From a candidate division FCPU426 bacterium (GTDB lineage: Bacteria; Oederibacteriota; JAJYGY01; DAIDJD01): DNA of 43,415 bases. A program made the position numbers and the translations under genes. The notes beneath the pieces were generated by a model. That model was not told the DNA's origin, made no database searches, and worked only from the letters and a program-made list of their open reading frames with translations. Shown here in pieces: positions 16,156 to 24,713 of this stretch (the stretch's first letter is position 1; each line of letters starts with the position of its first letter). The DNA lies in contig JANLXT010000247.1 in the NCBI GenBank assembly GCA_031365225.1, positions 1 through 43,415 of the forward strand, in the 5' to 3' direction.

Positions 16156-19142
16156 GAACACGTGCTCTGATCCTTGGCGTGCTGCTTAGCCTTAACGGCA
16201 TCGGACAGGCCGCCAGCGATGCTTTTGGCTACCAAAGTAGCGCGCCAAGTTTCGCGTGGGTTAACTTTACAGGCACCGCCATCTTACCCGGCGACTGGAC
16301 CAACGGGTCCGATGACGGATACTATTTGATCGACCTACCCTTCAACTTCCGTTTTTACGGCTCAAACTTTAGCAAGATCTATGTCTCGACCAATGGATAT
16401 CTACAATTTGGATCTGCCTCAAGTTACTTTGGCACCAATTGCCTCGCTGCCAATGTCGACCCTCGCAACATCGCGGCAGCCTACTGGATGGATTTGGATC
16501 CAGGACGGGGCGGGAGCGTGCAGTGGCAAGTGCAAGGTGGCGCGGGCAGTCATACCGTGCTGATTGAATTCAACAAAGTCCCGCCGCATGTGGGCGCGAG
16601 CGACGTCACCTTTGAGATAGAACTGGATGAGGCGAGCAACTCGATCGAGGTGCGTTACCTCTCTACCTCGGGCGTCGGCAGTGGCGCCAATGCGGTGGCG
16701 GGTATCCGCTCACAATTTGACTGCCCCAATCACACCGCGCTCCCTTTTAGCTGCCAGCAAGCGGTCTTGGGCGATCTAAGCGCCGTGCGTTACAGCTATC
16801 CAGCGCTCGAGCCCGCCTGCGGCACGCCCACCATCAGCCCGACCTTTAGCGTCAGTCCCAGCGCGACGCTTAGCCCCACGGTGACACAAACCGCGACGCC
16901 CAGTGCTAGCCCCAGCAACACGCCGAGCGTGACCGAAACCCTCACGGCGACCGCTAGTTTTAGCTCTAGCCCCACGGCGACCCCTAGCGCTAGCCCGAGC
17001 GTGACGCCCAGTATCACCCGCAGCGGGACCATCAGCCCAACGCACAGCGTTAGCCCGAGTGCCACCGCGAGCCCCACCATCAGCCAAACCTACAGCAGCA
17101 GCCCGACCTTTAGTTTCAGTCCAACCCATAGCCTGACGCCGACCATCACTCAAACGTTTAGCGAGAGCCCGACCTTTAGCGTCAGCCCCACCGAGACGCT
17201 CACGTTCACGGTCACGCCCAGCTTTAGCGTCAGTCCAAGCACCACGGACAGCCCAACGCTTAGCCCCAGCTGGACGAGCAGCCCAACCGAGAGTGTCACA
17301 TCGAGCATCACCCAAACGCTGAGCTCCACCCCAAGTCAGACCAAGACCGCCACGCCCAGCGTCACCTCGACACGCACGCCGTCCTTCACCCGCACTATGT
17401 CGGGCACGCCGAGCGTGACGCCGACCTTCACGCTTACGTGGACCCCCAGCGCGACACCCTACCCCCCCGCATCCGCCCCCGCCTGCATCGTGCTGGGCCA
17501 ATCAGGCTTTGGTGGCGCTGTCAGCGCGGCGCTGCCCGCGGGCCTCAACTCGCCGCAAGGCATGATCATGGATACGCGTAGCCTTCCCTATCGCGTCTAT
17601 GTGGCTGACACCCAAAACCATCGCGTGGTCTTTTGGAACGATGCCCAAGCCTTGGTCAACGGTGCCGCGCCCAATGGCGTGATCGGCCAAGCGACTTTGA
17701 ACGCTTCCAGTGCCAATCGCGGTGGCGTGGCAGCCGCCAACACGCTCAACGCACCCATGGGATTGGCCCTGGACCTGGCCACAGGTGATCTATGGATCGC
17801 GGATAGCGGCAACCATCGTGTGCTGCGTTATAGCGCCAGCATCCCTAACTTTGGCGCCAGCGCCGACCGAGTCTTAGGTCAGGGCGGTAGCCTTTCGTTG
17901 GGCAATGCCAACCAAGGTGGCCTGAGCGCGACCAGCCTCTCGGCGCCCGTGGCGTTGTCGATGGACAACGTGGGCCGCTTGGCCGTGGCCGACAGCGGCA
18001 ATCGACGAGCCTTGGTTTTTAACGATCCAAGAACCAGCGCCAGCGCGGATCTTGTGTTTGGACAAAGTAATCTTAGTAGCGCTGCCGTGCTGACGGCGAC
18101 ATCGGCCAGCCTTGGCACGCCCAGTGGTGTGCTTTTGACGGGCACCCACCTTTGGGTCGCCGATAGCGGCTTTAATCGCGTGCTGGCCTTTGGCATGGCG
18201 CCCGTGGTGCAAGCCGACGCTAGCGTCTTGTTGGGGCAGGCCGCTTACGGTGATAGTTTGGCCAACCGTGGTAGTATCAGCCCCACCGCCAAAAGCCTCT
18301 CGGCCCCCCGCGGTCTATCGATGGATCCTGCCCAGCGGGTCTACGTCAACGACAGTGCCAATCATCGTGTGCTGGCGTTTAACCCGCCCTACGACGATGT
18401 GGCCGATGTGCTCTATGGCCAAAACACCATGACGGGCGATCAACCCTGGGCCGCCAATGGCTCTCCCTATGACAACGGGCTCAACGCGCCCGCCGCCTGC
18501 GACGCCAGCGCGCTTGGCACCCTGCTGGTGGCGGACAGCGGCACCCATCGCGGTCTGCTCTTTGGCTGTGGCGCCGCAGTCGCGCCAGCCACACCCACCC
18601 CCAGTGTGACGCCGAGCGCCACGCGTAGCGCAACGGCAACGATCACGCCCACACGCACGCCCACGCCCACCATCACCCAGTCCCACACGCGCACGCCCAC
18701 CCGAACCATCACTGACACGCGCACCTTTAGCCCAACCCCTAGCCAAAGCTTTACGAACACACCCAGCTTTAGCAACACGCGCACGTTCACGCGTACATTC
18801 ACGCCCAGCATCACCACGACCCGGACCGTGACCTTGACGCCCATCCCCAGCCAAACCCCTTACCCCAAGGTGCGCGACAGGGCGATCAGCTATCCCAATC
18901 CAGCCCAGCGTGGGGCGCCCGTCTGTCTGGCCTTCCCTGCTGGCGGGACCGCGCAGATCTGGGTCTATGACTTGTTGGGCCAACCCGTGATCCAACTGCG
19001 CGACACACAGATTGACGCGGCAAAGGGATTTGCCTGTTGGGATCTTCGCCGTGGCGATGGCGCACCCATCGCGGCAGGCATATACTATTGGCGAGTCTTG
19101 GTCGAAGGAAAACAATACTTGTGCAAGATGACCGTGCAATAA
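16140..19142 (+). CDS. Large secreted multidomain protein: unknown N-terminal domain, Pro/Thr/Ser linker, NHL-repeat beta-propeller, second linker, T9SS-type / FlgD-Ig-like C-terminal sorting domain
   Basis: Signal peptide MRTRALILGVLLSLNGIGQA. At least six NHL-type repeats with the conserved (D/A)(S/T)(G/A)N(H/R)R(V/A)L..(F/Y) core (NHRVVFWN, GNHRVLRY, GNRRALVFN, GFNRVLAF, ANHRVLAFN, GTHRGLLF). The C-terminal ~90 aa (SYPNPAQRGAPVCLAF...AQIWVYDLLGQPV...AAGIYYWRVLVEG) match the T9SS CTD / FlgD-Ig pattern. 16-nt overlap with the upstream barrel gene. Confidence 0.8.
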   Translation: MGPAMRTRALILGVLLSLNGIGQAASDAFGYQSSAPSFAWVNFTGTAILPGDWTNGSDDGYYLIDLPFNFRFYGSNFSKIYVSTNGYLQFGSASSYFGTNCLAANVDPRNIAAAYWMDLDPGRGGSVQWQVQGGAGSHTVLIEFNKVPPHVGASDVTFEIELDEASNSIEVRYLSTSGVGSGANAVAGIRSQFDCPNHTALPFSCQQAVLGDLSAVRYSYPALEPACGTPTISPTFSVSPSATLSPTVTQTATPSASPSNTPSVTETLTATASFSSSPTATPSASPSVTPSITRSGTISPTHSVSPSATASPTISQTYSSSPTFSFSPTHSLTPTITQTFSESPTFSVSPTETLTFTVTPSFSVSPSTTDSPTLSPSWTSSPTESVTSSITQTLSSTPSQTKTATPSVTSTRTPSFTRTMSGTPSVTPTFTLTWTPSATPYPPASAPACIVLGQSGFGGAVSAALPAGLNSPQGMIMDTRSLPYRVYVADTQNHRVVFWNDAQALVNGAAPNGVIGQATLNASSANRGGVAAANTLNAPMGLALDLATGDLWIADSGNHRVLRYSASIPNFGASADRVLGQGGSLSLGNANQGGLSATSLSAPVALSMDNVGRLAVADSGNRRALVFNDPRTSASADLVFGQSNLSSAAVLTATSASLGTPSGVLLTGTHLWVADSGFNRVLAFGMAPVVQADASVLLGQAAYGDSLANRGSISPTAKSLSAPRGLSMDPAQRVYVNDSANHRVLAFNPPYDDVADVLYGQNTMTGDQPWAANGSPYDNGLNAPAACDASALGTLLVADSGTHRGLLFGCGAAVAPATPTPSVTPSATRSATATITPTRTPTPTITQSHTRTPTRTITDTRTFSPTPSQSFTNTPSFSNTRTFTRTFTPSITTTRTVTLTPIPSQTPYPKVRDRAISYPNPAQRGAPVCLAFPAGGTAQIWVYDLLGQPVIQLRDTQIDAAKGFACWDLRRGDGAPIAAGIYYWRVLVEGKQYLCKMTVQ
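16830..17470 (+). repeat. Imperfect tandem ~27-30-bp repeats encoding a (S/T)P(T/S)xS Pro/Thr/Ser-rich linker; a second such tract lies at 18585..18860
   Basis: Recurrent agcccgacctttagcgtcagtcccagc-type units (SPTFSVSPS...). These are low-complexity coding repeats, not CRISPR. Confidence 0.7.
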
Positions 19143-19152
19143 AGGGACCACG

Positions 19153-20055
19153 TTGGTCCGATCTTTGGGAGGCAGCATGGAACTTTTAGTCTTGATCGTG
19201 TTAGGAGCCGCGTTCTTCTTTTTTATGTCGGGGGTACGGATACTGCGCCCCACGCACCGTGGCTTGATTGAGCGCCTTGGCAAATACCAAAAGTACGCCA
19301 CTCCCGGCTTTCATTGGATCATCCCAGGCATCGAGCAAATGGTTCGGGTCAACATCACCGAAGCCATGGTTGATGCCGAGCCCCAAGAGATCATCACCAA
19401 TGACAACCTGAACGCCCGTGTGGACGCGCAGGTTTATTTTAAGGTCAAGGCAGATGAAGAAAGCGTCAAGTCCAGCCAATACCAAGTGGCCAACTACAGC
19501 TACCAGATCGTGAGCTTGTCCCGCACGACCCTGCGCAACATCATTGGCACCTTGACCCTAAAATCAGCCAACAGCGAACGAGGCAAGATCAACGACGAGC
19601 TGCATCGCATCTTGAGCGTCGAGACCGCCAAGTGGGGCCTAGAGATCGTGCGCACCGAGCTGAAAGAGATTGACCCGCCCAAAGATGTGCAAGAGACCAT
19701 GAACAAAGTTGTCAAAGCCGAGAACGAAAAGATCGCCGCCGTTGACTTTGCCACCGCCGCTGAAACCCAAGCCGACGGCCTCAAGCGCAGCAAGATCAAA
19801 GAAGCCGAGGGCGTCAAACAAGCTAAGATCTTGGAAGCGGAAGGCGAGGCCACCGCCATCGCCCTGGTCAACGAGGCGGCTGAAAAGTATTTTGTTGGTA
19901 ATGCTCAAGTGCTACGCCGCATTGAGGCGGTCGAAAAATCACTCAGTCACAACGCCAAGATCGTCTTGCCCGCGGACAAGGACCTGGTCAACGTCATCGG
20001 CGACCTCGCTGGTCTGGCACCGCTGCCCATACGGCACGAAAAAAGACAAGAATAG
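19153..20055 (+). CDS. SPFH/band-7 (stomatin/prohibitin-like) membrane protein
   Basis: N-terminal TM segment (LLVLIVLGAAFFFFM), then the SPFH core (IITNDNLNARVDAQVYFKV...) and a coiled-coil EAEG..AKILEAEGEA tail. GGGAGG SD lies 4 nt upstream. Confidence 0.85.
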   Translation: MVRSLGGSMELLVLIVLGAAFFFFMSGVRILRPTHRGLIERLGKYQKYATPGFHWIIPGIEQMVRVNITEAMVDAEPQEIITNDNLNARVDAQVYFKVKADEESVKSSQYQVANYSYQIVSLSRTTLRNIIGTLTLKSANSERGKINDELHRILSVETAKWGLEIVRTELKEIDPPKDVQETMNKVVKAENEKIAAVDFATAAETQADGLKRSKIKEAEGVKQAKILEAEGEATAIALVNEAAEKYFVGNAQVLRRIEAVEKSLSHNAKIVLPADKDLVNVIGDLAGLAPLPIRHEKRQE

Positions 20056-20072
20056 AGCAAGCAGGTACGGAC

Positions 20073-20128
20073 ACGGCATGCCGTGTCCCAACACCGTCGC
20101 CCCGTAAGGCCATGGCCTGCCATGGCCC
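20073..20128. other. Two perfect GC-rich palindromes (GGACACGGCATGCCGTGTCC and GGCCATGGCCTGCCATGGCC) preceding the convergent terminator
   Basis: A 20-bp perfect palindrome at 20073-20092 and ggccatggcc-tg-ccatggcc at 20109-20128. Both strands translate to GHGMPCP, confirming the symmetry. Confidence 0.4.
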
Positions 20129-20133
20129 AAACT

Positions 20134-20168
20134 AAAAAGACCCCCGCTTCCGCGAGGGTCTTTTTTTA
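20134..20168. terminator. Bidirectional rho-independent terminator (band-7 gene / GH18 gene convergence)
   Basis: aaaaaGACCCCCGCttccGCGAGGGTCttttttt: a 9-bp stem with one mismatch and a 4-nt loop, A-tract on one side and T-tract on the other. Confidence 0.8.
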
Positions 20169-20185
20169 TTCTCGAGTTTTACGCG

Positions 20186-22036
20186 CTAGCGCAAGAGCAC
20201 CAGCTTGCTGCGTCCACGCTGACTGGCCTTGATGCCTCCCCGTACACTATCGACCAAACAGTAATACAAACCACTGGGGGCGCTCGCCAACCAATCCGCG
20301 TTCAGCGGCAAGCTGTTCCAACCTTTATTCAAGGGTCCATAGTCCCAGCGCCCCACCACCTGCATACCCGTGGTGTAAACCCGCACGGTCACGATGTCAC
20401 TCGGTCCCCCTAAGAGCACGCTCAGCGCCAAAGGATTGGGGTTGGGCACAGCCGCCACGTCCAAGACTTGGTTGGGCCCGCTCCCAGGCACGGGTGTCGC
20501 GGTGGCGCTGGCACTTGGGCTGATCGTCGCCGTGATGAGCGGACTGGGGCTAGGACTAAAGCTATGGGTGAGTGTCGGTGTGGCTGTCGGGCTTGGTGAC
20601 AAGGTGTGGGTCGCGCTTTCACTGGGCGTCACGGTGGAAGTCTTGGTGCCCACAGGGCATTGCGCCGCGCTCCAGGCCGCGTCGAGCAAGTCGTGCGAGG
20701 ACCCGATCCTATCGCCATTCAGATCCCAAAAGAAGACCCCCGCCAGGCCCCGGGTGCCCACCGCATACTGCGTTTTTATCCATATGGATTGTGGGTCGTC
20801 GTAACTGATAACACCCGCGCCCGCGTCTTCACGCAAGTAAGGGCTGGCGGCTTCTTCGTCCCAATAACGGGTCCACCCCGGCGTCGCGCCAGTCACAAAC
20901 GGGACAATGTTTCTGTAGTCCCGGCTCGAGGCCAGGGCGGGAGTGAAGGACTGATAGAGATTCTCTCCGTCGCCATATTTGTAGCCATAGGCTGGCATGC
21001 CAAAAAGTATCTTGGCTGGATTCAGCCCCTTCGCTAAAAAATAGTTCACATTGATGTTGGAGTTGTAATTGGTGTACGGCAATCCGCCTGGTAAAAGAGA
21101 TTTGTAAAGTCCCGCGTTGTGACCGCTCTTGCTCTCCCAAGCGCCATGCCGGTCATAAAACATCAGATTGATGTAGTCGAGGTAATACTGCAGATAAGCT
21201 ACATCCACCCATTGGCCATAATAGTTGCCCCAGCTGACATCGATGGTGATCAAAAAATTCTGCGTTGTCGGTGAACTATTAAACTTGGCGCGCAACTCCG
21301 TCGCAAACTGGTTTAACGCGAGCTTGTCGCCTGCACTGTCAGCAAATTCCCAATCAATATCCATGCCGTCATAGTCGTTGGCGACCAAAAAAGCTGTAAG
21401 GTTGTCGATAAACGTCGTCCGCGCGGCAGGGCTCAAGATCATCTCGTCAAAAAATTCACTGCCACCCCCGGGTTGATCGTCCGCCCCGCCCACACTGACC
21501 AGGACTTTCACTCCATTGGCGTGGGCCAAGGTATTCATGGCAGGATCAAGATAGCTGCCCGGTACATCCAAGCTGCCATCTGCTAAAGGCCGAATGAAGG
21601 CATGCGCGATATGGGTGAGCTTGGTGTAGGGCAGGGCGCTGGCAGGCATCGCCGCGCGCGTCCAATAAGGATAAAAGCTCATCACCACCTTTGGACAGGC
21701 AACGGGTGTAGGAACGGCCATCGTGATGCTGGGCGTGGGTGTCGGGGAGGCAGTGCGGGTATAAGTGCGGGTGCGAGTGGCGCTCGCCGCATTGGTAAGG
21801 GTCTCGGTGATTGTCGGCGATTCAGTCTCGGTGATTGATGGAGTCGCAGTTTCAGTAATCGTCGGGGTCTCAGTCTCAGTAACTACATCCGTCTCAGTAG
21901 GGCTGGGACTGTCCGTCAAAGTCTCTGTATACGTCTCCGTCGCTCTCAGTAAAACCGAGAGCGAGACCAAAGCAAGTATGCTGATAAAACGTCTAAACAC
22001 TGGGGCCCCATTCATAAACACAAGCCATCGAAACAA
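20186..22036 (-). CDS. Glycoside hydrolase family 18 (chitinase-like), with N-terminal acidic TExT repeat linker and C-terminal T9SS-type/FlgD-Ig-like sorting domain
   Basis: GH18 catalytic DxxDxDxE motif in YDGMDIDWEF. SxGG (LVSVGGA). N-terminal TETYTETLTDSPSPTETDVVTETETPTITETATPSITETESPTITETLT low-complexity tract. C-terminal VPNPNPLALSV...VRVYTTGMQVVG...GLYYCLV resembles a T9SS CTD. Confidence 0.8.
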   Translation of the reverse strand: MFRWLVFMNGAPVFRRFISILALVSLSVLLRATETYTETLTDSPSPTETDVVTETETPTITETATPSITETESPTITETLTNAASATRTRTYTRTASPTPTPSITMAVPTPVACPKVVMSFYPYWTRAAMPASALPYTKLTHIAHAFIRPLADGSLDVPGSYLDPAMNTLAHANGVKVLVSVGGADDQPGGGSEFFDEMILSPAARTTFIDNLTAFLVANDYDGMDIDWEFADSAGDKLALNQFATELRAKFNSSPTTQNFLITIDVSWGNYYGQWVDVAYLQYYLDYINLMFYDRHGAWESKSGHNAGLYKSLLPGGLPYTNYNSNINVNYFLAKGLNPAKILFGMPAYGYKYGDGENLYQSFTPALASSRDYRNIVPFVTGATPGWTRYWDEEAASPYLREDAGAGVISYDDPQSIWIKTQYAVGTRGLAGVFFWDLNGDRIGSSHDLLDAAWSAAQCPVGTKTSTVTPSESATHTLSPSPTATPTLTHSFSPSPSPLITATISPSASATATPVPGSGPNQVLDVAAVPNPNPLALSVLLGGPSDIVTVRVYTTGMQVVGRWDYGPLNKGWNSLPLNADWLASAPSGLYYCLVDSVRGGIKASQRGRSKLVLLR

Positions 22037-22154
22037 TGTCTCGGTGACTAAATCAGGCTCAAGCCTATCATCTACGGCCTCTTATTTCAGCTACTAGTAC
22101 TCTTGAAAAAACCAGGTAACAAAAGGTCTTTAAGGGTTTGTCGGGGTGCGGCTA

Positions 22155-22892
22155 TTATTTTGAAAAACCCAGATCATCAAGATAAGTATTGGCCACTTGC
22201 CCCAGCGCGCCGGCCGCGTACTGAATGTCGACTGTGTTGATCACGGGATCAAGCGCGTTGTTGTCGGCGGGATTGCCTAGAGTCACGTGAAAGTAGTTAT
22301 TTAAAGTGAATGCCACCAACGGCACCTGTACAAGCTGCCACGTTGACCCAGCGGTGACAGCGACCAGTGGGCTGGTCCATTTTTCTTGATTGCCACCCAG
22401 GGTGGCATTATCCTCGACCAACGTGACATAAAGCCCTAAGTCTTTATCGGTCTTGATCCACATAAAAAACTTAGTCGGAGCGATGGATCGAGCGTCGACC
22501 AACGCGACCGCGCAACTCATGGGCGAGAACCCAAAACCTGCTCCCCAACTAGTGGCGAAGTTATAACTGTGATAGTACGCCCCCGACCCGCTGTGCGCCT
22601 GGGCGCTATCTTGGGTCAACGTGGGGATAGCGGGACTGCTTGTGCCATCATCGTAGGTGTAGAAGCCACAAGGCAGGCTTTCCATCTGATCAAAGTAGAT
22701 CTCGGTCAGCGCAGGCGGGGGCGGGGGCGGAAGAGGCGCTGGCGCTGGCAAGGACGCCAGATCATGTTGATCGAAAGGATTGGGGCGCTGTTGCGGAGGC
22801 GCCTCGAGCCAGAAGCCAAGCGCGCAGGCCAAACTAGGCAATGAAAGCGTGACGGCCAAAATAAGACGAATCAATTTCGAGAGCTTTTTCAT
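22155..22892 (-). CDS. Secreted protein, paralog A: signal peptide, conserved GFWLEAPPQQRPNPFD N-motif, poly-Pro linker, one CBM11/CIA30-like beta-sandwich module
   Basis: Signal peptide ending SLACA. Motif LGFWLEAPPQQRPNPFDQH. PPPPPP linker. Module alignable with the first module of 23016..24515 (MESLPCGFYTYDDGTS...WIKTD...FHVTLGNP). GGGAGG SD lies 5 nt upstream. Confidence 0.7.
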   Translation of the reverse strand: MKKLSKLIRLILAVTLSLPSLACALGFWLEAPPQQRPNPFDQHDLASLPAPAPLPPPPPPALTEIYFDQMESLPCGFYTYDDGTSSPAIPTLTQDSAQAHSGSGAYYHSYNFATSWGAGFGFSPMSCAVALVDARSIAPTKFFMWIKTDKDLGLYVTLVEDNATLGGNQEKWTSPLVAVTAGSTWQLVQVPLVAFTLNNYFHVTLGNPADNNALDPVINTVDIQYAAGALGQVANTYLDDLGFSK

Positions 22893-22957
22893 GGCGTCCT
22901 CCCAGCGTTGTCATCTGTCTATTTAGACACCTTTCCTCAGCGCTAAGTTCCCCGCAA

Positions 22958-22990
22958 GCAAAAAGCCCCCCGCGTCACCGCGGAGGGCTC
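22958..22990 (-). terminator. Rho-independent terminator of paralog B (minus strand)
   Basis: Minus-strand GCCCTCCGCGgtgaCGCGGGGGGCttttt: a 10-bp stem with one mismatch, followed by a U-tract. Confidence 0.7.
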
Positions 22991-23015
22991 TTGGCTTGCC
23001 TTTGTCAATCAAACT

Positions 23016-24515
23016 TTAGGGAACAAAGTACATGTCATCGATATACACGTTTGCCAAAGTACGTGGACCCACCGTGTCTGTCGCGAATTGAATCTGAATA
23101 TCAAAGACTTTGCTGATATTGAAGATGTCGTCCCCAGCAGGCGCCAGCGCGATCGAGGCGGCAGTCTCGATGGTAAAGTTTGACAACGGGATCGAGATCA
23201 GCTGCCAGGCGCCACCCGCCACGGGAATGTTGATATTGGGGTTCTGCCAGTACTCTCCCGCGACACCAGGGCGATTGGGATCCACCCCGACGCCCTCACG
23301 AAGGATGAATGACATATTCACGGCGTAGTCGGTCTTGACCCAGAACTCAAACTTGGTGGCGATAGCCATGCTTATCTCGCCACCGCAACCGACGGGATAA
23401 CCCCAGTAGAAGCCTCCGCCATATCCAGAAGTATCTAGGACAGAATCAACGGTCGCCTGCAACAGCAGGCTTTGCGCGCCATTGTGCGGGACGCCCACGT
23501 AGCTTTGAGCGATATCCGTCCCCGCTCCGTTCGCGCAGTCTCCATCGTCACAATAAGTGCCGTCATAGCAAAGACTACCTTCAAAATCATCGACCTTGAT
23601 GGGCGCCGCGGGTAATTGTCCGCGGTCCGCAAAACCGTAGTCATCCATGTAGATATTCACGAGCGCGCCTGATCCAGCGCCATATTGAATGTCGGCTTCG
23701 TTGACGACATATTGAAAAACACTGTCATCCATTGGATTGCCTAAGGTTGTGTGGAAATAGTCATTCGGTATAAAGTCGCTAAGCTTTGCCTCAATCAACT
23801 GCCAACTAGGCGATGCAGTCACGGCGACTGGAAGGCTAGTCCAATGCTCGCTGTTAACCGCACCTGAGATCGAAGCCGTATCTTCGACAAAAGTAAAGTA
23901 GATGCTGAGGTCCCCATCGGTCTTGATCCATAGATAGACGTGTGTCGGACTGATGGGACGCGCATCGATGACCGTGCAAGATCCCATCGCCGAGAAGCCC
24001 CAGCCACAGCCCCAGCTGGTCCCTGTGGTGAAGCTTTGGTACCACGAACCCAAGCCCGAAAAGACGGTGCCCGTCTCCGCGACAGGATCACCAAAGCCAG
24101 AAGTGGTGCCATCCTCATAACCGCCATAACCACCGCACATGGGGTTTTCCATGTCGTCATACATCACGACAGCGACGGTGGGTGACGGGGTCGGTGACGC
24201 CGCAGAACCAGGGGTGTTGGTCAGGGTGATGGTTGGGGTCGGTGTTATTGTGGGCGAATTGGTCAAGGTGACTGGCGGCGAATTGGTGAATGTCGGCGTC
24301 ACAGTACGTGTCGATGTTACCGTAAGCGTCCACGTAGGCGTCCCTACCACAACAATCGGCGCCACCGTTGCTACAAAAAGCGGGCTTTGGCGATCAAAGG
24401 CATTGGGCCGCGTTGAAGGTGGCGCCTCAAGCCAAAACGGAAAAGCCATCGCTTGTGCCGCAATCAGGCCACTGATGATAAAAACCAAAGTTTGGGAAAG
24501 TTTTCTTGAAATCAT
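23016..24515 (-). CDS. Secreted protein, paralog B: signal peptide, FPFWLEAPPSTRPNAFD N-motif, Thr/Pro linker, two CBM11/CIA30-like modules
   Basis: Signal peptide ...AAQAMA then FPFWLEAPPSTRPNAFDRQSP. Module 1 VVMYDDMENPMCGGYGGYEDGTTSGFGDP...LWIKTDGDL...NIYMDDYGFA. Module 2 VDDFEGSLCYDG...FEFWVKTDYAV...VYIDDMYFVP. GAGGGG SD. Confidence 0.7.
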   Translation of the reverse strand: MISRKLSQTLVFIISGLIAAQAMAFPFWLEAPPSTRPNAFDRQSPLFVATVAPIVVVGTPTWTLTVTSTRTVTPTFTNSPPVTLTNSPTITPTPTITLTNTPGSAASPTPSPTVAVVMYDDMENPMCGGYGGYEDGTTSGFGDPVAETGTVFSGLGSWYQSFTTGTSWGCGWGFSAMGSCTVIDARPISPTHVYLWIKTDGDLSIYFTFVEDTASISGAVNSEHWTSLPVAVTASPSWQLIEAKLSDFIPNDYFHTTLGNPMDDSVFQYVVNEADIQYGAGSGALVNIYMDDYGFADRGQLPAAPIKVDDFEGSLCYDGTYCDDGDCANGAGTDIAQSYVGVPHNGAQSLLLQATVDSVLDTSGYGGGFYWGYPVGCGGEISMAIATKFEFWVKTDYAVNMSFILREGVGVDPNRPGVAGEYWQNPNINIPVAGGAWQLISIPLSNFTIETAASIALAPAGDDIFNISKVFDIQIQFATDTVGPRTLANVYIDDMYFVP

Positions 24516-24641
24516 AAAAACCCCTCGACGTGGGCCAAAAGAATTGGGCCCTGAATAGTAGTTTAGACCCGTTCTTTCAAAAGATGTTCCTCTAAATGGA
24601 TCTATAAAATCTATGTAGAATAAGGGCTTTAATTTGTCTTT

Positions 24642-24690
24642 AAGTCAAAAAGAGCCCCGCAGATCAGTCACGGGGCTCTTTTTGACTTAG
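24642..24690. terminator. Bidirectional terminator formed by a 19-bp perfect inverted repeat (stem includes the A/T tracts)
   Basis: TAAGTCAAAAAGAGCCCCG-cagatcagtca-CGGGGCTCTTTTTGACTTA. A 19-bp stem with an 11-nt loop, 24 nt downstream of the stop of 24714..26270. Confidence 0.7.
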
Positions 24691-24713
24691 TTAGGATCTA
24701 GAATAAATACATC

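Noticed and set aside
16830-18860. Regularly spaced short repeats that could be mistaken for a CRISPR array
   Set aside because: Repeat units are imperfect and in frame, encode (S/T)P(T/S) linkers within a continuous ORF, and have no constant-length spacers or leader.
16776-19301. Long minus-strand ORFs (241 aa at 16776..17501, 328 aa at 18315..19301, and others) inside the 1000-aa gene
   Set aside because: They are antisense to the Pro/Thr/Ser linker and NHL regions. They give Gly/Arg/Ala-rich nonsense, have no start context, and conflict with a strongly supported plus-strand gene.
20073-20128. Perfect palindromes as possible transposon ends or att sites
   Set aside because: No transposase or integrase lies nearby. 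They sit between convergent gene ends immediately before a canonical terminator, which is most consistent with RNA hairpins or REP-like elements.
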